The notes beneath the pieces are model-generated. The model was not told the DNA's origin, did no database searches, and saw nothing but the letters and a program-made list of their open reading frames with translations. A program made the position numbers and the translations under genes. Of a stretch of 60,938 nucleotides of DNA, positions 1 to 8,977 are shown piece after piece (position 1 is the first letter of the stretch; each line of letters opens with the position of its first letter). The stretch is taken from the NCBI GenBank assembly GCA_965365475.1, contig CBDUBV010000003.1, forward strand, positions 1 to 60,938. Reading direction: 5' to 3'. The stretch comes from an uncultured Chthoniobacteraceae bacterium (GTDB lineage: Bacteria; Verrucomicrobiota; Verrucomicrobiia; Chthoniobacterales; CAKUMP01).

Positions 1-170
1 GCGCCGAGTTCTCTCCATTTCAAGACCACGCTGAGCGTGTCGTGCCCATCTTTAAAAACATCGGCCTGCACGACGAGGTCCTCCCCGACTGCGCGTTTGA
101 TTGGGTAGCGACCGCCGTCGAGGAAAGGCGTGAGGTTCTCGACGATCACAGTTGGGAAGCTGTCTTTCAT
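1..170 (-). CDS. glgE: GlgE (alpha-1,4-glucan:maltose-1-phosphate maltosyltransferase), N-terminal fragment; gene continues past the left edge
   Basis: Own translation of the minus strand from ATG at 170-168: MKDSFPTVIVENLTPFLDGGRYPIKRAVGEDLVVQADVFKDGHDTLSVVLKWRELG. This fits the conserved GlgE N-terminal pattern (P-x-(L/V)DGGRYP-x-KR-x-VGE ... ADVF-x-DGHD). The ATG overlaps the TGA of the upstream gene (ATGA, 167-170). Absent from the ORF track because it is truncated. Confidence 0.6.
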   Translation of the reverse strand, partial: MKDSFPTVIVENLTPFLDGGRYPIKRAVGEDLVVQADVFKDGHDTLSVVLKWRELG

Positions 171-2074
171 GGATGTATAGTAATCAGATCATGCAAAACT
201 CTGTCGAGCGCGGGGAACGCCCCGCTCCGTTTAGAGACTTCGTGCAGCGAACGGATTGCGGTCGGGATAAAGTCCAGAAAGCGGGGTTTGGCTTTCACCA
301 GACCGAGGAACCCGTAGGCGCCCAGTGCTTGCATGAGCCGTTGCATGGCACAGTGTTGGAAAGTCTGTAGAAACTCGGTTTCGATCTGTCCGCCTTCTTT
401 TCGGACCAACTCCAGATAGCAACAAAGATATGCCTCACGGTCTGCCTCCGTAAGCTCCACGTAGGGGTCATAGAGCAAGGACGCCACATCGTAGGTCGGC
501 AGCCCGAAACGCATGCCCTGAAAGTCGATGAGACATGCTTCGCCCTCCAGGATCATGATGTTCTGCGACTGGAAATCGCGATGGACCAATTGACGTGGGA
601 GATCGGCCAGAGTGGCTGCGAGGCGTTGCAAGGCAGGATCGCTGCGGAGCGTGTCGCGGGTCTCGGCGGAGAGACCGAAATGACGGCCCAGACAGTTGTC
701 AAAGAAGTATTCCTGTTCCCACCGGTAAAGGTCGGCATCGAAGGGAGCATGCAAGGGCAAAGGCTGAGTCTGCATGGCCTGCGCACCGTGCACGTGGAGA
801 CGGGCGATCTGCGCGAGAGCTTTCTCATATAGTTTACCGCGTTCTTCCGGCGGAGCGTTCCGGTAGGACCAGAGGTCCACGTTGCCGAGGTCTTCCATGA
901 GGATGATGCCCTGGGTGCTATCGCAAAACGTCATCTCGGGCACCCGCACGCCGATGCCTGCAAGGAACCTTGCCACCGCGACATAGCGCTCGTTCTCGCC
1001 GTCGCTATCGCCAGTGTAATGCAGGGCGATGCGGGACGGGCTCCCGTCGATGTGCAACCGATAAAATTTCCTGTCGGAGCCTCCTTTTTCCAAAGGCTCG
1101 AGGTTGGCCTCGGTGAAGTGCAGATGCTTGCGCAGACATTGCACGATGCGTCTGCGCACAAGGCCCGGCGCAGTCCGTTCGGGCCAGCCAATGCCAGTGG
1201 CATGAATCGTGTAAGCAGGTCGCCAGCCTTCCTGGATGCGCTGCTGCATGGTGGCGTATTGCTCCAACGTGCCGAGGTCCCACCAACTGCCTTCGTCCAG
1301 CACCACTCCGGCCACGGGCTCTCCAGCGCGCAGCATATCGCAGAGGATGGGCACGATGGAAATCTTCGTGTCTGGCGGGATGCGTGCGATGAACCCGGGT
1401 TCAACGATATAGATGCCGGTGAAAAGATAGGCCTCAGCAGCTCCCGTCTGAAGCATGTTGCGGATGTCGCGCACACGCCCGGATTCCGGATCGAACGCGA
1501 TATGCAACGGCCCGCCGCCCGAGCGCAGTGCCATGGTGATCTCGGCGTTGGAAGCCTGGTGCGCGGCCATGAGTTTGCCGAGAGGGAGATCGGTGAGCAC
1601 GTCGCCATTGTAAATGAGCAGCGAGGTGCCATCCGGAATGAGGTCGGCGATGCTGCGGATGCCGCCGCCTGTCTCCAGCAATTGCGGCTCATGGCGGAAG
1701 GTGATGTCGGCGCCGCAATAATTTGCCTCGGGGAAATGTTCTGCGTAGCGATGCGCACAATGGTGGGTGTTCACGATGAAACGGTCGAACCCGGCATCCA
1801 GCAGATGATCGAAGGCGAAAGTGATGAGTGCTTTGCCGCAGACGGGCACCAGGGGTTTCGGCTGGTGCTCGGTCACGGGGCGCAGGCGTGTGCCTAGTCC
1901 GGCACCGAGGACAAAAGCTGTATGGTATGAAGAATCCCGCACGATGTTTTGCAAAGTGGACACACTGCGCAAGGGCAAGCCGCTTTGCAACCCGAAGATG
2001 GGAAAGGTAAAGCGGGTGTTTAATGCGAAAATTCCGATGGATGAAGAAAAGTTTCCATGACATATTTGCGGCAT
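167..2074 (-). CDS. Fusion protein: N-terminal sugar-1-phosphate nucleotidyltransferase (MurU-like) plus C-terminal APH-fold sugar kinase (AmgK-like)
   Basis: NTase glycine loop AFVLGAGLGTRLRPVTEHQPKPLVPV. Kinase motifs VHRDFQSQNIMI, CLIDFQGMRFG, YDVASLLYDPY. The track start at 2194 would read through the divergent gene at 2073, so I took the first internal ATG (2074). The true start may lie further downstream. Confidence 0.7.
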   Translation of the reverse strand: MPQICHGNFSSSIGIFALNTRFTFPIFGLQSGLPLRSVSTLQNIVRDSSYHTAFVLGAGLGTRLRPVTEHQPKPLVPVCGKALITFAFDHLLDAGFDRFIVNTHHCAHRYAEHFPEANYCGADITFRHEPQLLETGGGIRSIADLIPDGTSLLIYNGDVLTDLPLGKLMAAHQASNAEITMALRSGGGPLHIAFDPESGRVRDIRNMLQTGAAEAYLFTGIYIVEPGFIARIPPDTKISIVPILCDMLRAGEPVAGVVLDEGSWWDLGTLEQYATMQQRIQEGWRPAYTIHATGIGWPERTAPGLVRRRIVQCLRKHLHFTEANLEPLEKGGSDRKFYRLHIDGSPSRIALHYTGDSDGENERYVAVARFLAGIGVRVPEMTFCDSTQGIILMEDLGNVDLWSYRNAPPEERGKLYEKALAQIARLHVHGAQAMQTQPLPLHAPFDADLYRWEQEYFFDNCLGRHFGLSAETRDTLRSDPALQRLAATLADLPRQLVHRDFQSQNIMILEGEACLIDFQGMRFGLPTYDVASLLYDPYVELTEADREAYLCCYLELVRKEGGQIETEFLQTFQHCAMQRLMQALGAYGFLGLVKAKPRFLDFIPTAIRSLHEVSKRSGAFPALDRVLHDLITIHP

Positions 2075-3359
2075 GAGTGAGTCCCCCGAATCGAGCAACC
2101 CTATTAAGGCATTCATAGCGACGCTGTCCCGGTCGCGATTTTTCACCATCTCCGCACTACTGCATGTGCTGGTGATTTTTATTTTTGGCGGCACGGTTTT
2201 GTTTAATGTCTATGTCGAGCCCGGGGATTTCGAGGGCGAAGGCGGTGGCGGATTTGTGCCGAGCGAACCTTCTGTGCAGGCTCCGCAAACGCCGACCATG
2301 CCGGTGCAGACCACACCGACGGTGACGCCTTCGATCACTTCGCCGACTACAAGCATGCAGACAATCACGACGATGAGTCAGCAGCCTACGAATTTCCAGT
2401 TGCCCAGCATCGCACCCACGTTTGCGCCAGGGCGAAATATAGCGGCCGCCGCGCCAGCTCCTGCAGCACCTTCGATGGGGACCGCTGGCATGACGCGCGA
2501 GATTGCCACCGGCATCGCTGGTTTTTCACAAGGCTGGGCAAAGGGCGCGGGAACTGGGTCAGGCACCGGTGTTCGCAGCCGCGAATTTGAATTTACCGCA
2601 TATGTGGCGAAATACAGCGGTGGCAACTGGAACTCCACGGTGCGCGTGGTAAACAATAAGATCGTTTTCGGCAGTCTGCCCAATCTGCTTTACATCATGC
2701 AGTTCTGGTCTCGTGACAAAATCAAAGCCAACCCAAACCCGGTGCCGCTGGATCTTGCTAGCGACCAGATTTTTGCTGTTAAGCCGCCGTTCATCTTTTT
2801 CACCGGGCATCGGGATTTCAAGCTGAGCGATAAAGAGGTGGAAAATCTGCGAAAATATATTCGCCTGGGTGGTGCCATCTGGGGCGACAGCTCCGTGCCT
2901 GGGCAGCGGTCGCGGTTCGACATCGCGTTTCGGCGGGAGATGAAACGCGTGGTGGCCGACAAAGACAAGGAGTTCGAACCGTTGCCTCCCAACCACGCCA
3001 TATACAATGAGCGCAAAGTGTATTTCCCTGAAATCCGCGAAGTGCCGCATGGCATAAATTTTTATAAAGAACCAGTGTATGCGCTGAAGGTCTATGATGA
3101 GATCGCAGTTCTTTATACTGCCAACGACTACGGCGACATGTGGCAGATGGGCTTGGACAAAGACGGTAAATTCGATACGCGTCGCAATGACAAGGGACAA
3201 CACGTCGCGATGAACATCGACATATTCAACCGCCGGGATACGTATTTTCGCGGCATCTCGGAGGAGTCCGTTGTGAATTCCTATAAGTTCGGCACAAATA
3301 TCGTCCTGCACCTGCTCACTCGCTGGGAAGACAAACTGCGCAGCGTGCCGCGCTTGTAA
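2073..3359 (+). CDS. DUF4159-domain membrane-anchored protein
   Basis: N-terminal TM helix (FFTISALLHVLVIFIFGGTVLF), then a Pro/Thr-rich linker. The C-terminal region (FTAYVAKYSGGNWN ... PFIFFTGHRDFKLSDKEVENLRKYIRLGGAIWGD) is typical of DUF4159 proteins. Confidence 0.7.
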   Translation: MSESPESSNPIKAFIATLSRSRFFTISALLHVLVIFIFGGTVLFNVYVEPGDFEGEGGGGFVPSEPSVQAPQTPTMPVQTTPTVTPSITSPTTSMQTITTMSQQPTNFQLPSIAPTFAPGRNIAAAAPAPAAPSMGTAGMTREIATGIAGFSQGWAKGAGTGSGTGVRSREFEFTAYVAKYSGGNWNSTVRVVNNKIVFGSLPNLLYIMQFWSRDKIKANPNPVPLDLASDQIFAVKPPFIFFTGHRDFKLSDKEVENLRKYIRLGGAIWGDSSVPGQRSRFDIAFRREMKRVVADKDKEFEPLPPNHAIYNERKVYFPEIREVPHGINFYKEPVYALKVYDEIAVLYTANDYGDMWQMGLDKDGKFDTRRNDKGQHVAMNIDIFNRRDTYFRGISEESVVNSYKFGTNIVLHLLTRWEDKLRSVPRL

Positions 3360-3361
3360 CT

Positions 3362-4354
3362 TCACGTCGAGCCATACCATGCTTCAAGCTGCCTGCGGGC
3401 TGAAGCAAATGACAGCCGCTCGCTGGCCAGTTCTCGCGCCTGTTCTATCGTGCGCACAAAATATCCGTCGTCCGTAATCAACTGCTTCGCGCGCTCGAGC
3501 AGCTCGTCATCTCCCACGCGGTCGCCGCTCAAGTCTGGATAAACCTCACGATCCACCGCACCATCTCCGCCTACGCAAGGGATGCCACACAGCAGGGCAT
3601 CGCCTGCGACCTGCCCAGGCACGCGGCTTCGGTCCAGTTGCCACACAAGTCGGTGTTGCGCCATGAGCCGTAGATAGTCGCAGTAGTCCATCCGCTTCTC
3701 CACGGTCCGAAGGCGCGGCAAGCCAATGCTCTCCAGACGCTTCCGGCCTTTCCTGCCATCCAGATTCATGACGGTAACGCTGGTCTCGGTGGCCAGCCCG
3801 CGTGCTGTCACCAAAGCCGCAAGATGCCTGCGAGAAGGAACATCCCACTCTCGCGTGCCGATGAAAACTCCATGCCGCGAAGGGTTCTCAAAATTCCATC
3901 CTGGAATATCGAACGGATAAGGAGTGGGAATGTATGTCGTCCGCGCGGCACCTGCCTGGGTAAAAAAAGGCACCAACTCTGGTGTCGTGGCGATGGCACC
4001 ATCTGCCAGTGAGACCAATTCTTGAAACATCTCCCAAGGTTTCACCTCGCGCAATGTTTCCGCGACCTGGTGCATGCCCGCCTCTTTGAAAGCAAGCATC
4101 GTAGGGTTGCCCGCTCTTTTCAGCCGCCGCATGGCAGCGAGTGCCCGCGATGGATTTCTCCCGATGAGCAGAAGCACCGGGCGCGTGCCGCACTGCGATA
4201 CTTCGCGCAGGAAAGCTCCCCCTGTGCACGCAGCAAGCGCGTGGTAATTTACTGGCGGATGCCATTTCTGCCCCGGCTGTCCGAGCCCGGCAGCGAACTC
4301 CTGATTCGAGTCGTTGCCGCCCGCGTTGACCACCGCCAGTTGGAATGCACTCAT
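3362..4354 (-). CDS. Hypothetical GT-B-fold glycosyltransferase-like protein
   Basis: Coding-like 330-aa ORF downstream of waaA. The C-terminal half has a weak GT-B-like pattern (GVFIGTREWD ... LLCGIPCVGGDG). Start trimmed to ATG 4354 (MSAFQLAVV) because the track start overlaps waaA. Confidence 0.4.
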   Translation of the reverse strand: MSAFQLAVVNAGGNDSNQEFAAGLGQPGQKWHPPVNYHALAACTGGAFLREVSQCGTRPVLLLIGRNPSRALAAMRRLKRAGNPTMLAFKEAGMHQVAETLREVKPWEMFQELVSLADGAIATTPELVPFFTQAGAARTTYIPTPYPFDIPGWNFENPSRHGVFIGTREWDVPSRRHLAALVTARGLATETSVTVMNLDGRKGRKRLESIGLPRLRTVEKRMDYCDYLRLMAQHRLVWQLDRSRVPGQVAGDALLCGIPCVGGDGAVDREVYPDLSGDRVGDDELLERAKQLITDDGYFVRTIEQARELASERLSFASARRQLEAWYGST

Positions 4355-4409
4355 GCGCTCCAAACTATGCGCGTGCGCGGGGGAACACGTCAATCCCCGC
4401 TCCCGTTGA

Positions 4410-5693
4410 TTACAGCTTTCGCAGCAGTTGCGCTGTGCGTTCCGCCGCGCCTCGGTGAGGTGCGAGCACGGCGCAGGCTCCTCGGAGCATCTCAGCTCGC
4501 AGAGCTTCATCCTCCAGCAACTCGGCGAGCACCACCCGAAGCTGCTCGGCATCCGTCACCTGTCTGGCAGCACCTGCTTCGAGCAGCTTCGCGGTGATCA
4601 CAGGGAAATTCTCCATATGCGGACCGCACACCACAGGGCACCCCGCCACCACTGCCTCCACCGGATTTTGTCCCCCGTGAGCGAGCATGCTTTTACCAAT
4701 AAACACCACGGTTCCCACTGCATACCACGCTGCTAGTTCTCCGGTAGTATCCAGAATGAGCACGTCTGGACGCGGCGTGCCCGACGGCGCGGGGAGTGCC
4801 GAGCGTCGCAGCACGGTAAAGCCTGCTTCTGCCAGCTCGCCAGCCAGTGCTTCAACACGCTCCACATGCCGCGGCGCGACGACGAGTAGAGAATCCTCCG
4901 ACCGAATGTCGCGATGGATTTCCGCCAGGAGCATTTCCTCCCCTGCGTGAGTGCTTCCAGCGAGCAGAAGCTGTGTGCGTTCCGACACCCCCAAGCTTGC
5001 AAGCAATTCACGACACCAGCCACCATCCGGCTGCGCGTCACGAGCATGATCGAACTTGATGCTTCCCGTGCAATGCACCCGGCGCGTGTCCACCCCGAGC
5101 AAGCCCCACGTCTGCACATCCTCCAACTCGCACACGCCGATGAAGCTCAGGCGGCGGAAGATTGGGCCGGTAAAAAAACGGAACTTCTCGAATCGGCGTG
5201 CGCTGCGCGGAGAGAGTCGTGCGTTGACCAGTGCCATCGGGATGCCGTTGCGCGCCGCCAGCCACGTGAGATTCGGCCAGACCTCCGCTTCCACCATCAC
5301 GATACGTCTGGGCCGGATCAGATTCATCGCACTTCTCACAAAGGGCAGAAAGTCCACGGGATTATAAATGATTTCCATCCAGTCTTCCGATCGCTCTCGC
5401 GCCAGCGCGAACCCGGTGGATGTAGTGGTGCTGAGCACCAGCTCGAGATCGGGCTCCAGACGTTTCATCTCACGGGCCAATTTCAATGCGATGCCCACTT
5501 CACCTACGCTCACAGCATGCATCCACGTGCAACGCCGTCCGGCGATGCGTTGCCGTACCGCGTGCGAATAAATCCCAAAGCGCTGGCCGAAGCGATGCCG
5601 ATAGTTTCCCCGCCTCAACATGCGCAGTAGGAAACCAGGCAGCATGGCCAGAAAAACAAATGGAAACAGCAGATTGTAGAGGAACTGCGTCAC
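4410..5693 (-). CDS. waaA: 3-deoxy-D-manno-octulosonic acid (Kdo) transferase
   Basis: FLYNLLFPFVFLAMLPGFLLRMLRRGNYRHRFGQRFG ... WMHAVSVGEV ... STTTSTG is the classic WaaA/KdtA N-terminus. GTG start at 5693 overlaps the rsmD stop (GTGA) and gives a typical 427 aa. Confidence 0.85.
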   Translation of the reverse strand: MTQFLYNLLFPFVFLAMLPGFLLRMLRRGNYRHRFGQRFGIYSHAVRQRIAGRRCTWMHAVSVGEVGIALKLAREMKRLEPDLELVLSTTTSTGFALARERSEDWMEIIYNPVDFLPFVRSAMNLIRPRRIVMVEAEVWPNLTWLAARNGIPMALVNARLSPRSARRFEKFRFFTGPIFRRLSFIGVCELEDVQTWGLLGVDTRRVHCTGSIKFDHARDAQPDGGWCRELLASLGVSERTQLLLAGSTHAGEEMLLAEIHRDIRSEDSLLVVAPRHVERVEALAGELAEAGFTVLRRSALPAPSGTPRPDVLILDTTGELAAWYAVGTVVFIGKSMLAHGGQNPVEAVVAGCPVVCGPHMENFPVITAKLLEAGAARQVTDAEQLRVVLAELLEDEALRAEMLRGACAVLAPHRGAAERTAQLLRKL

Positions 5694-6244
5694 GCGTGCA
5701 CCAGGGTGAGGACTTCCGTTTTGCCGTAGCTTTTCGCGCGCACCACCTGCCAGCTTTGACATGCTGGAAGCGGGCGAGCGGGATCTTTTTCCAGGATCAA
5801 GACGCCTTCCGTGTCGAGCAATCGCGGAAGCTCTTCTGATTGCAGAAGTCGCTCCGCATGGTCCGCTGCGCCAGGCTGCATCGAGCGTTTCATATAAGGC
5901 GGATCTGCAAATATAATATCGAATACGCCTTGCGCGTGACGCACCCACGCATGCACATCGGCCCGCACCACTTCGCCTGCAAGCCGCACGCGGGCGAGAT
6001 TGGCGCGGATGCTTTCCGCTGCAGGTTGGTATTGATCAACAAACACAGCGGACGCCGCGCCCCGACTGAGTGCTTCGATCCCGAGAGCACCGCTCCCGGC
6101 AAACAAATCCAGCACACGTGCACCAGGCACCCGCGAACCCAGGCTTGAGAAAATCGCGGCTTTCACTTTGTCCATCGTAGGCCTCACATCGCCCGATGGC
6201 ACATCCAGCCGAAGCCCTCCAGCCTCACCGGCGATCACTCTCAT
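5690..6244 (-). CDS. rsmD: 16S rRNA (guanine966-N2)-methyltransferase
   Basis: MRVIAGEAGGLRL ... RPTMDKVKAAIFSSL ... VLDLFAGSGALGIEALSRGA ... IIFADPPY. Reading frame re-checked codon by codon. Confidence 0.85.
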   Translation of the reverse strand: MRVIAGEAGGLRLDVPSGDVRPTMDKVKAAIFSSLGSRVPGARVLDLFAGSGALGIEALSRGAASAVFVDQYQPAAESIRANLARVRLAGEVVRADVHAWVRHAQGVFDIIFADPPYMKRSMQPGAADHAERLLQSEELPRLLDTEGVLILEKDPARPLPACQSWQVVRAKSYGKTEVLTLVHA

Positions 6245-7662
6245 GGCTCGGGCAACGGCGCGACTTCATCCTCGATCGAAGGGCCTGAACTGCCACCGAA
6301 GAAGCTGCGCAGGACGCGATTTACTTCCTTCTCCAGTTTTTCTCCGATGAACCGCTCGATGAGGTTGGTCCGTGGCCGGTCGAGCGTGCCGGAAATATCG
6401 AAGTCCAGCGCGGCGTAATGTTCATCGGCTTTCTCCAGATTGCTTTTGGCAAGGCGCGGCAGCTTCTTCTGAATTTTTTCGTTAAGAAAAAGTTTTGCAT
6501 CCATGTCGAGGCGACCGCCTTCCCGGATCCATCCGCGTGCCTCCAATTTTAAGTTCGTGGTCGCCAGATACAGGCGTTCCAAACGCACCTCACCACCGCG
6601 CACTTTATATTCCGCTTCGGCGGTGTCCAACCTGAGGTGCGCAATTTCCTCGATCTTCAATGCCTCCCCGATGGTCTTAAGGAAATCGACCTGGCTGATC
6701 TCTCCGCCTACCATGGAGACTTTGCCGGCACCATGCACGCTCTCCGGCTTGCCGGGCAGCGCACGCAGCAGGAAACTTCCCGAGAGCGACCCCTTGAACC
6801 GATCAGAACTCATCCCGCTGGGCATAAGCAGCACCGGCAAAGAGGCGTTTTTAAAATGCACGAACAATTCAGCTGGTGCTTCAGGATCGCGCTCTTTCCA
6901 GACAAAGGTGCCATCCACCGTGCCCCCGGCGAATTCTGCTGTGATCTCACTGAGCTTGAAGAGCCCATTTTTATAATGAAACGGACTGGTGAACTCGGTG
7001 AACTCAATCGCGTCGTCCAGGATCACGCTTGCAATTTGCAGCGTGCCGGTGGCATCCGGCGCCTCTGCCAGCTGGGATTCCACATCGATGCCGGTGAGGC
7101 GCACAACTGGGCGGCGGTGATCGTCGAGATACGTGAGGCGTCCGTCGTCCAAATAAGCGCGCTGCACAGTAGTCGTTCGAGGCTGCTCGGGCGTTGCGGA
7201 GGCAGGAGGCGGCGACTGCTCCACGATCTCCCCCGCAGGCATCGGGCCGGGATCGGGTTGAGGCTGCGGCGTCACGGACGCGACATCTTCGCCAGGCGTG
7301 GGCAGCAAAGTCAGTCCGGGTGAAAGCGTGATCTCCGGCTCTTGCACGCGCACTTCATCGACGAGAAGATCACGACCGAACATCGACGATAGCCTGATCT
7401 TGGCGGTAAAACTTTTCGCCGTAAACAGGTCCGGTCGGCCCTCCTCTCCCGCGATGCGCACCCCGCTCAGGCGCACGCCGCCCCACGGGGTGTAGCTGAT
7501 GCGACGGATCGTGACATCGATCCCGAGTGCATCGTGCAGCCCAGCACTGATGCGGTTTTGCACGGATGAAGATTGCACATAGACATTGATCACGAGCAAA
7601 AGTAACGCGGCCAGCACCACCGGAGCGCCCAGCGCGAAGAGAAGAATTTTGCGATGACTCAT
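6241..7662 (-). CDS. AsmA-like outer-membrane assembly family protein
   Basis: N-terminal signal anchor (ILLFALGAPVVLAALLLLVINVYV) followed by a long beta-rich region with AsmA-like N- and C-terminal patterns. Its stop overlaps the rsmD start (ATGA). Confidence 0.5.
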   Translation of the reverse strand: MSHRKILLFALGAPVVLAALLLLVINVYVQSSSVQNRISAGLHDALGIDVTIRRISYTPWGGVRLSGVRIAGEEGRPDLFTAKSFTAKIRLSSMFGRDLLVDEVRVQEPEITLSPGLTLLPTPGEDVASVTPQPQPDPGPMPAGEIVEQSPPPASATPEQPRTTTVQRAYLDDGRLTYLDDHRRPVVRLTGIDVESQLAEAPDATGTLQIASVILDDAIEFTEFTSPFHYKNGLFKLSEITAEFAGGTVDGTFVWKERDPEAPAELFVHFKNASLPVLLMPSGMSSDRFKGSLSGSFLLRALPGKPESVHGAGKVSMVGGEISQVDFLKTIGEALKIEEIAHLRLDTAEAEYKVRGGEVRLERLYLATTNLKLEARGWIREGGRLDMDAKLFLNEKIQKKLPRLAKSNLEKADEHYAALDFDISGTLDRPRTNLIERFIGEKLEKEVNRVLRSFFGGSSGPSIEDEVAPLPEP

Positions 7663-7756
7663 CAGGTCGGGACCCTATCCCTCCCGCAAGTAAAGTCCAG
7701 TCCAACTCCCGGCCCATGCGGGCGGTGAGCACACAACAGCCGGTAAAAACAGCGCA

Positions 7757-8977
7757 TCAGTGAAAAGAAAGAGTCCCGCCCGGTGATGGCGCGCTTACGA
7801 TCCGCTGAAGCTCCTCAACCACCACGCTGAAGGGTATTCTTTCCTGCTCCAGTCTTGGCGCACTGGCATCCCCCTGCATACCAAGTGCCTCCCAGCACTC
7901 GCGCTCTTCACACGTCAACAGCGGAAGCACCACGCGCCTGGGAGAAGATTCCGTCGTCCACAGCGCGCGGTGACGCAGCAATATCTCCCGCGTCATGAGC
8001 ATCGACTGCGTATGTGGCAGGGCATGCCGAAGCTGATTCAATATCGCAAAGCCATGCGTATCCAGATCGCCCCAGTAAAAAATTTCCCGCGTCCGCAGCC
8101 AAGCCGCGTTGGCCAATGCGCTCCATCCATAGCCAGCGCCAAACACCACCAGGCTCCGCGCACAATCCGGGAACGCGAGAAAGTTTATCTCGTTCTCGGT
8201 GATGAAGACACGGCCCACATCCGGGTCCAGGCTGGCAAAAGCACTCGCATTCATGGTCACGTCCAGCCCGAGACGCTCTGGCGCGATCGCGCTCGCAGTG
8301 TCCAGGAAACGAACCCGGATGCGCTCAGGTTTATCGCGGAATCCATAGCGTCGAGCGAAGCCTTCGGCTCCTCGCGAGCTGGCATCCCACCCGTCAGCAG
8401 GCAGCACACGCTCAAGCAACTCGGAGATGATGCCGCGATGAGTCTCCACCAATTTCGTATGCACACCCGGAGCATCCAACTGGCGTAGAAACACGCCACT
8501 GCGCGGATGATCGCGCACCCAGGCTGTCGCCGCGAGAATTGCCGACCAATCTTTTGCAAGCGTGAGCGCGGTCATACACCGCCGTGCAAGCCAATCCAGA
8601 AGCTCCGGAAACACTTCACGGCACGCGGCGGTCATTTGCAGAAATGTATCCAGCTCGCGCTGCATGTGGATGATCTTCGTAGCAAGTCTGGCGTCAGCAA
8701 TCACCACGGCGGAAGGCATTTGATTTTCCCCAAAAATACGATGCGAAAAGCTGCGCCATTCCACGGAAAAAAGAGTCTGCTCACGCCATGTCGCCGTCCA
8801 GTCCCGCACTTTACTGAAGTCCGCCGTGATCTGCGCAGAGTTTGGGCCTCTGATCGGCAAGCGAAGTGGGAAAAGCCCGTCCTCCCGGATGGTGCTTGCC
8901 AGAATGTCCCCGCGTTGCCAGCGCCGCAACAGCCGACTTCGCACATCAGCAGGAGTTGTCCATCCCGATCCGGTCAT
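7757..8977 (-). CDS. jetD: Wadjet JetD (DUF3322 N-terminal plus DUF2220/Toprim-like C-terminal nuclease subunit)
   Basis: N-terminus WTTPADVRSRLLRRWQRGDIL ... FPLRLPIRGP. C-terminal Toprim-like acidic motifs VFITENEINFLAF and IFYWGDLDTHGFAIL. ATGA overlap with the jetC stop. Confidence 0.85.
   Translation of the reverse strand: MTGSGWTTPADVRSRLLRRWQRGDILASTIREDGLFPLRLPIRGPNSAQITADFSKVRDWTATWREQTLFSVEWRSFSHRIFGENQMPSAVVIADARLATKIIHMQRELDTFLQMTAACREVFPELLDWLARRCMTALTLAKDWSAILAATAWVRDHPRSGVFLRQLDAPGVHTKLVETHRGIISELLERVLPADGWDASSRGAEGFARRYGFRDKPERIRVRFLDTASAIAPERLGLDVTMNASAFASLDPDVGRVFITENEINFLAFPDCARSLVVFGAGYGWSALANAAWLRTREIFYWGDLDTHGFAILNQLRHALPHTQSMLMTREILLRHRALWTTESSPRRVVLPLLTCEERECWEALGMQGDASAPRLEQERIPFSVVVEELQRIVSAPSPGGTLSFH

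Noticed and set aside
167-2194. Full-length track ORFs with long N-terminal extensions (for example 167-2194, 4410-5948, 8974-12417, 18353-19132, 18910-20214, 32621-35305, 55222-57636)
   Set aside because: The extensions overlap upstream genes or contain low-complexity sequence. Internal starts that abut or overlap the upstream stop (ATGA or GTGA) give protein lengths typical of each family.
7663-7756. Terminator downstream of jetD
   Set aside because: Only weak 4-6 bp GC stems without a T-tract are present. I cannot support an intrinsic terminator call here.
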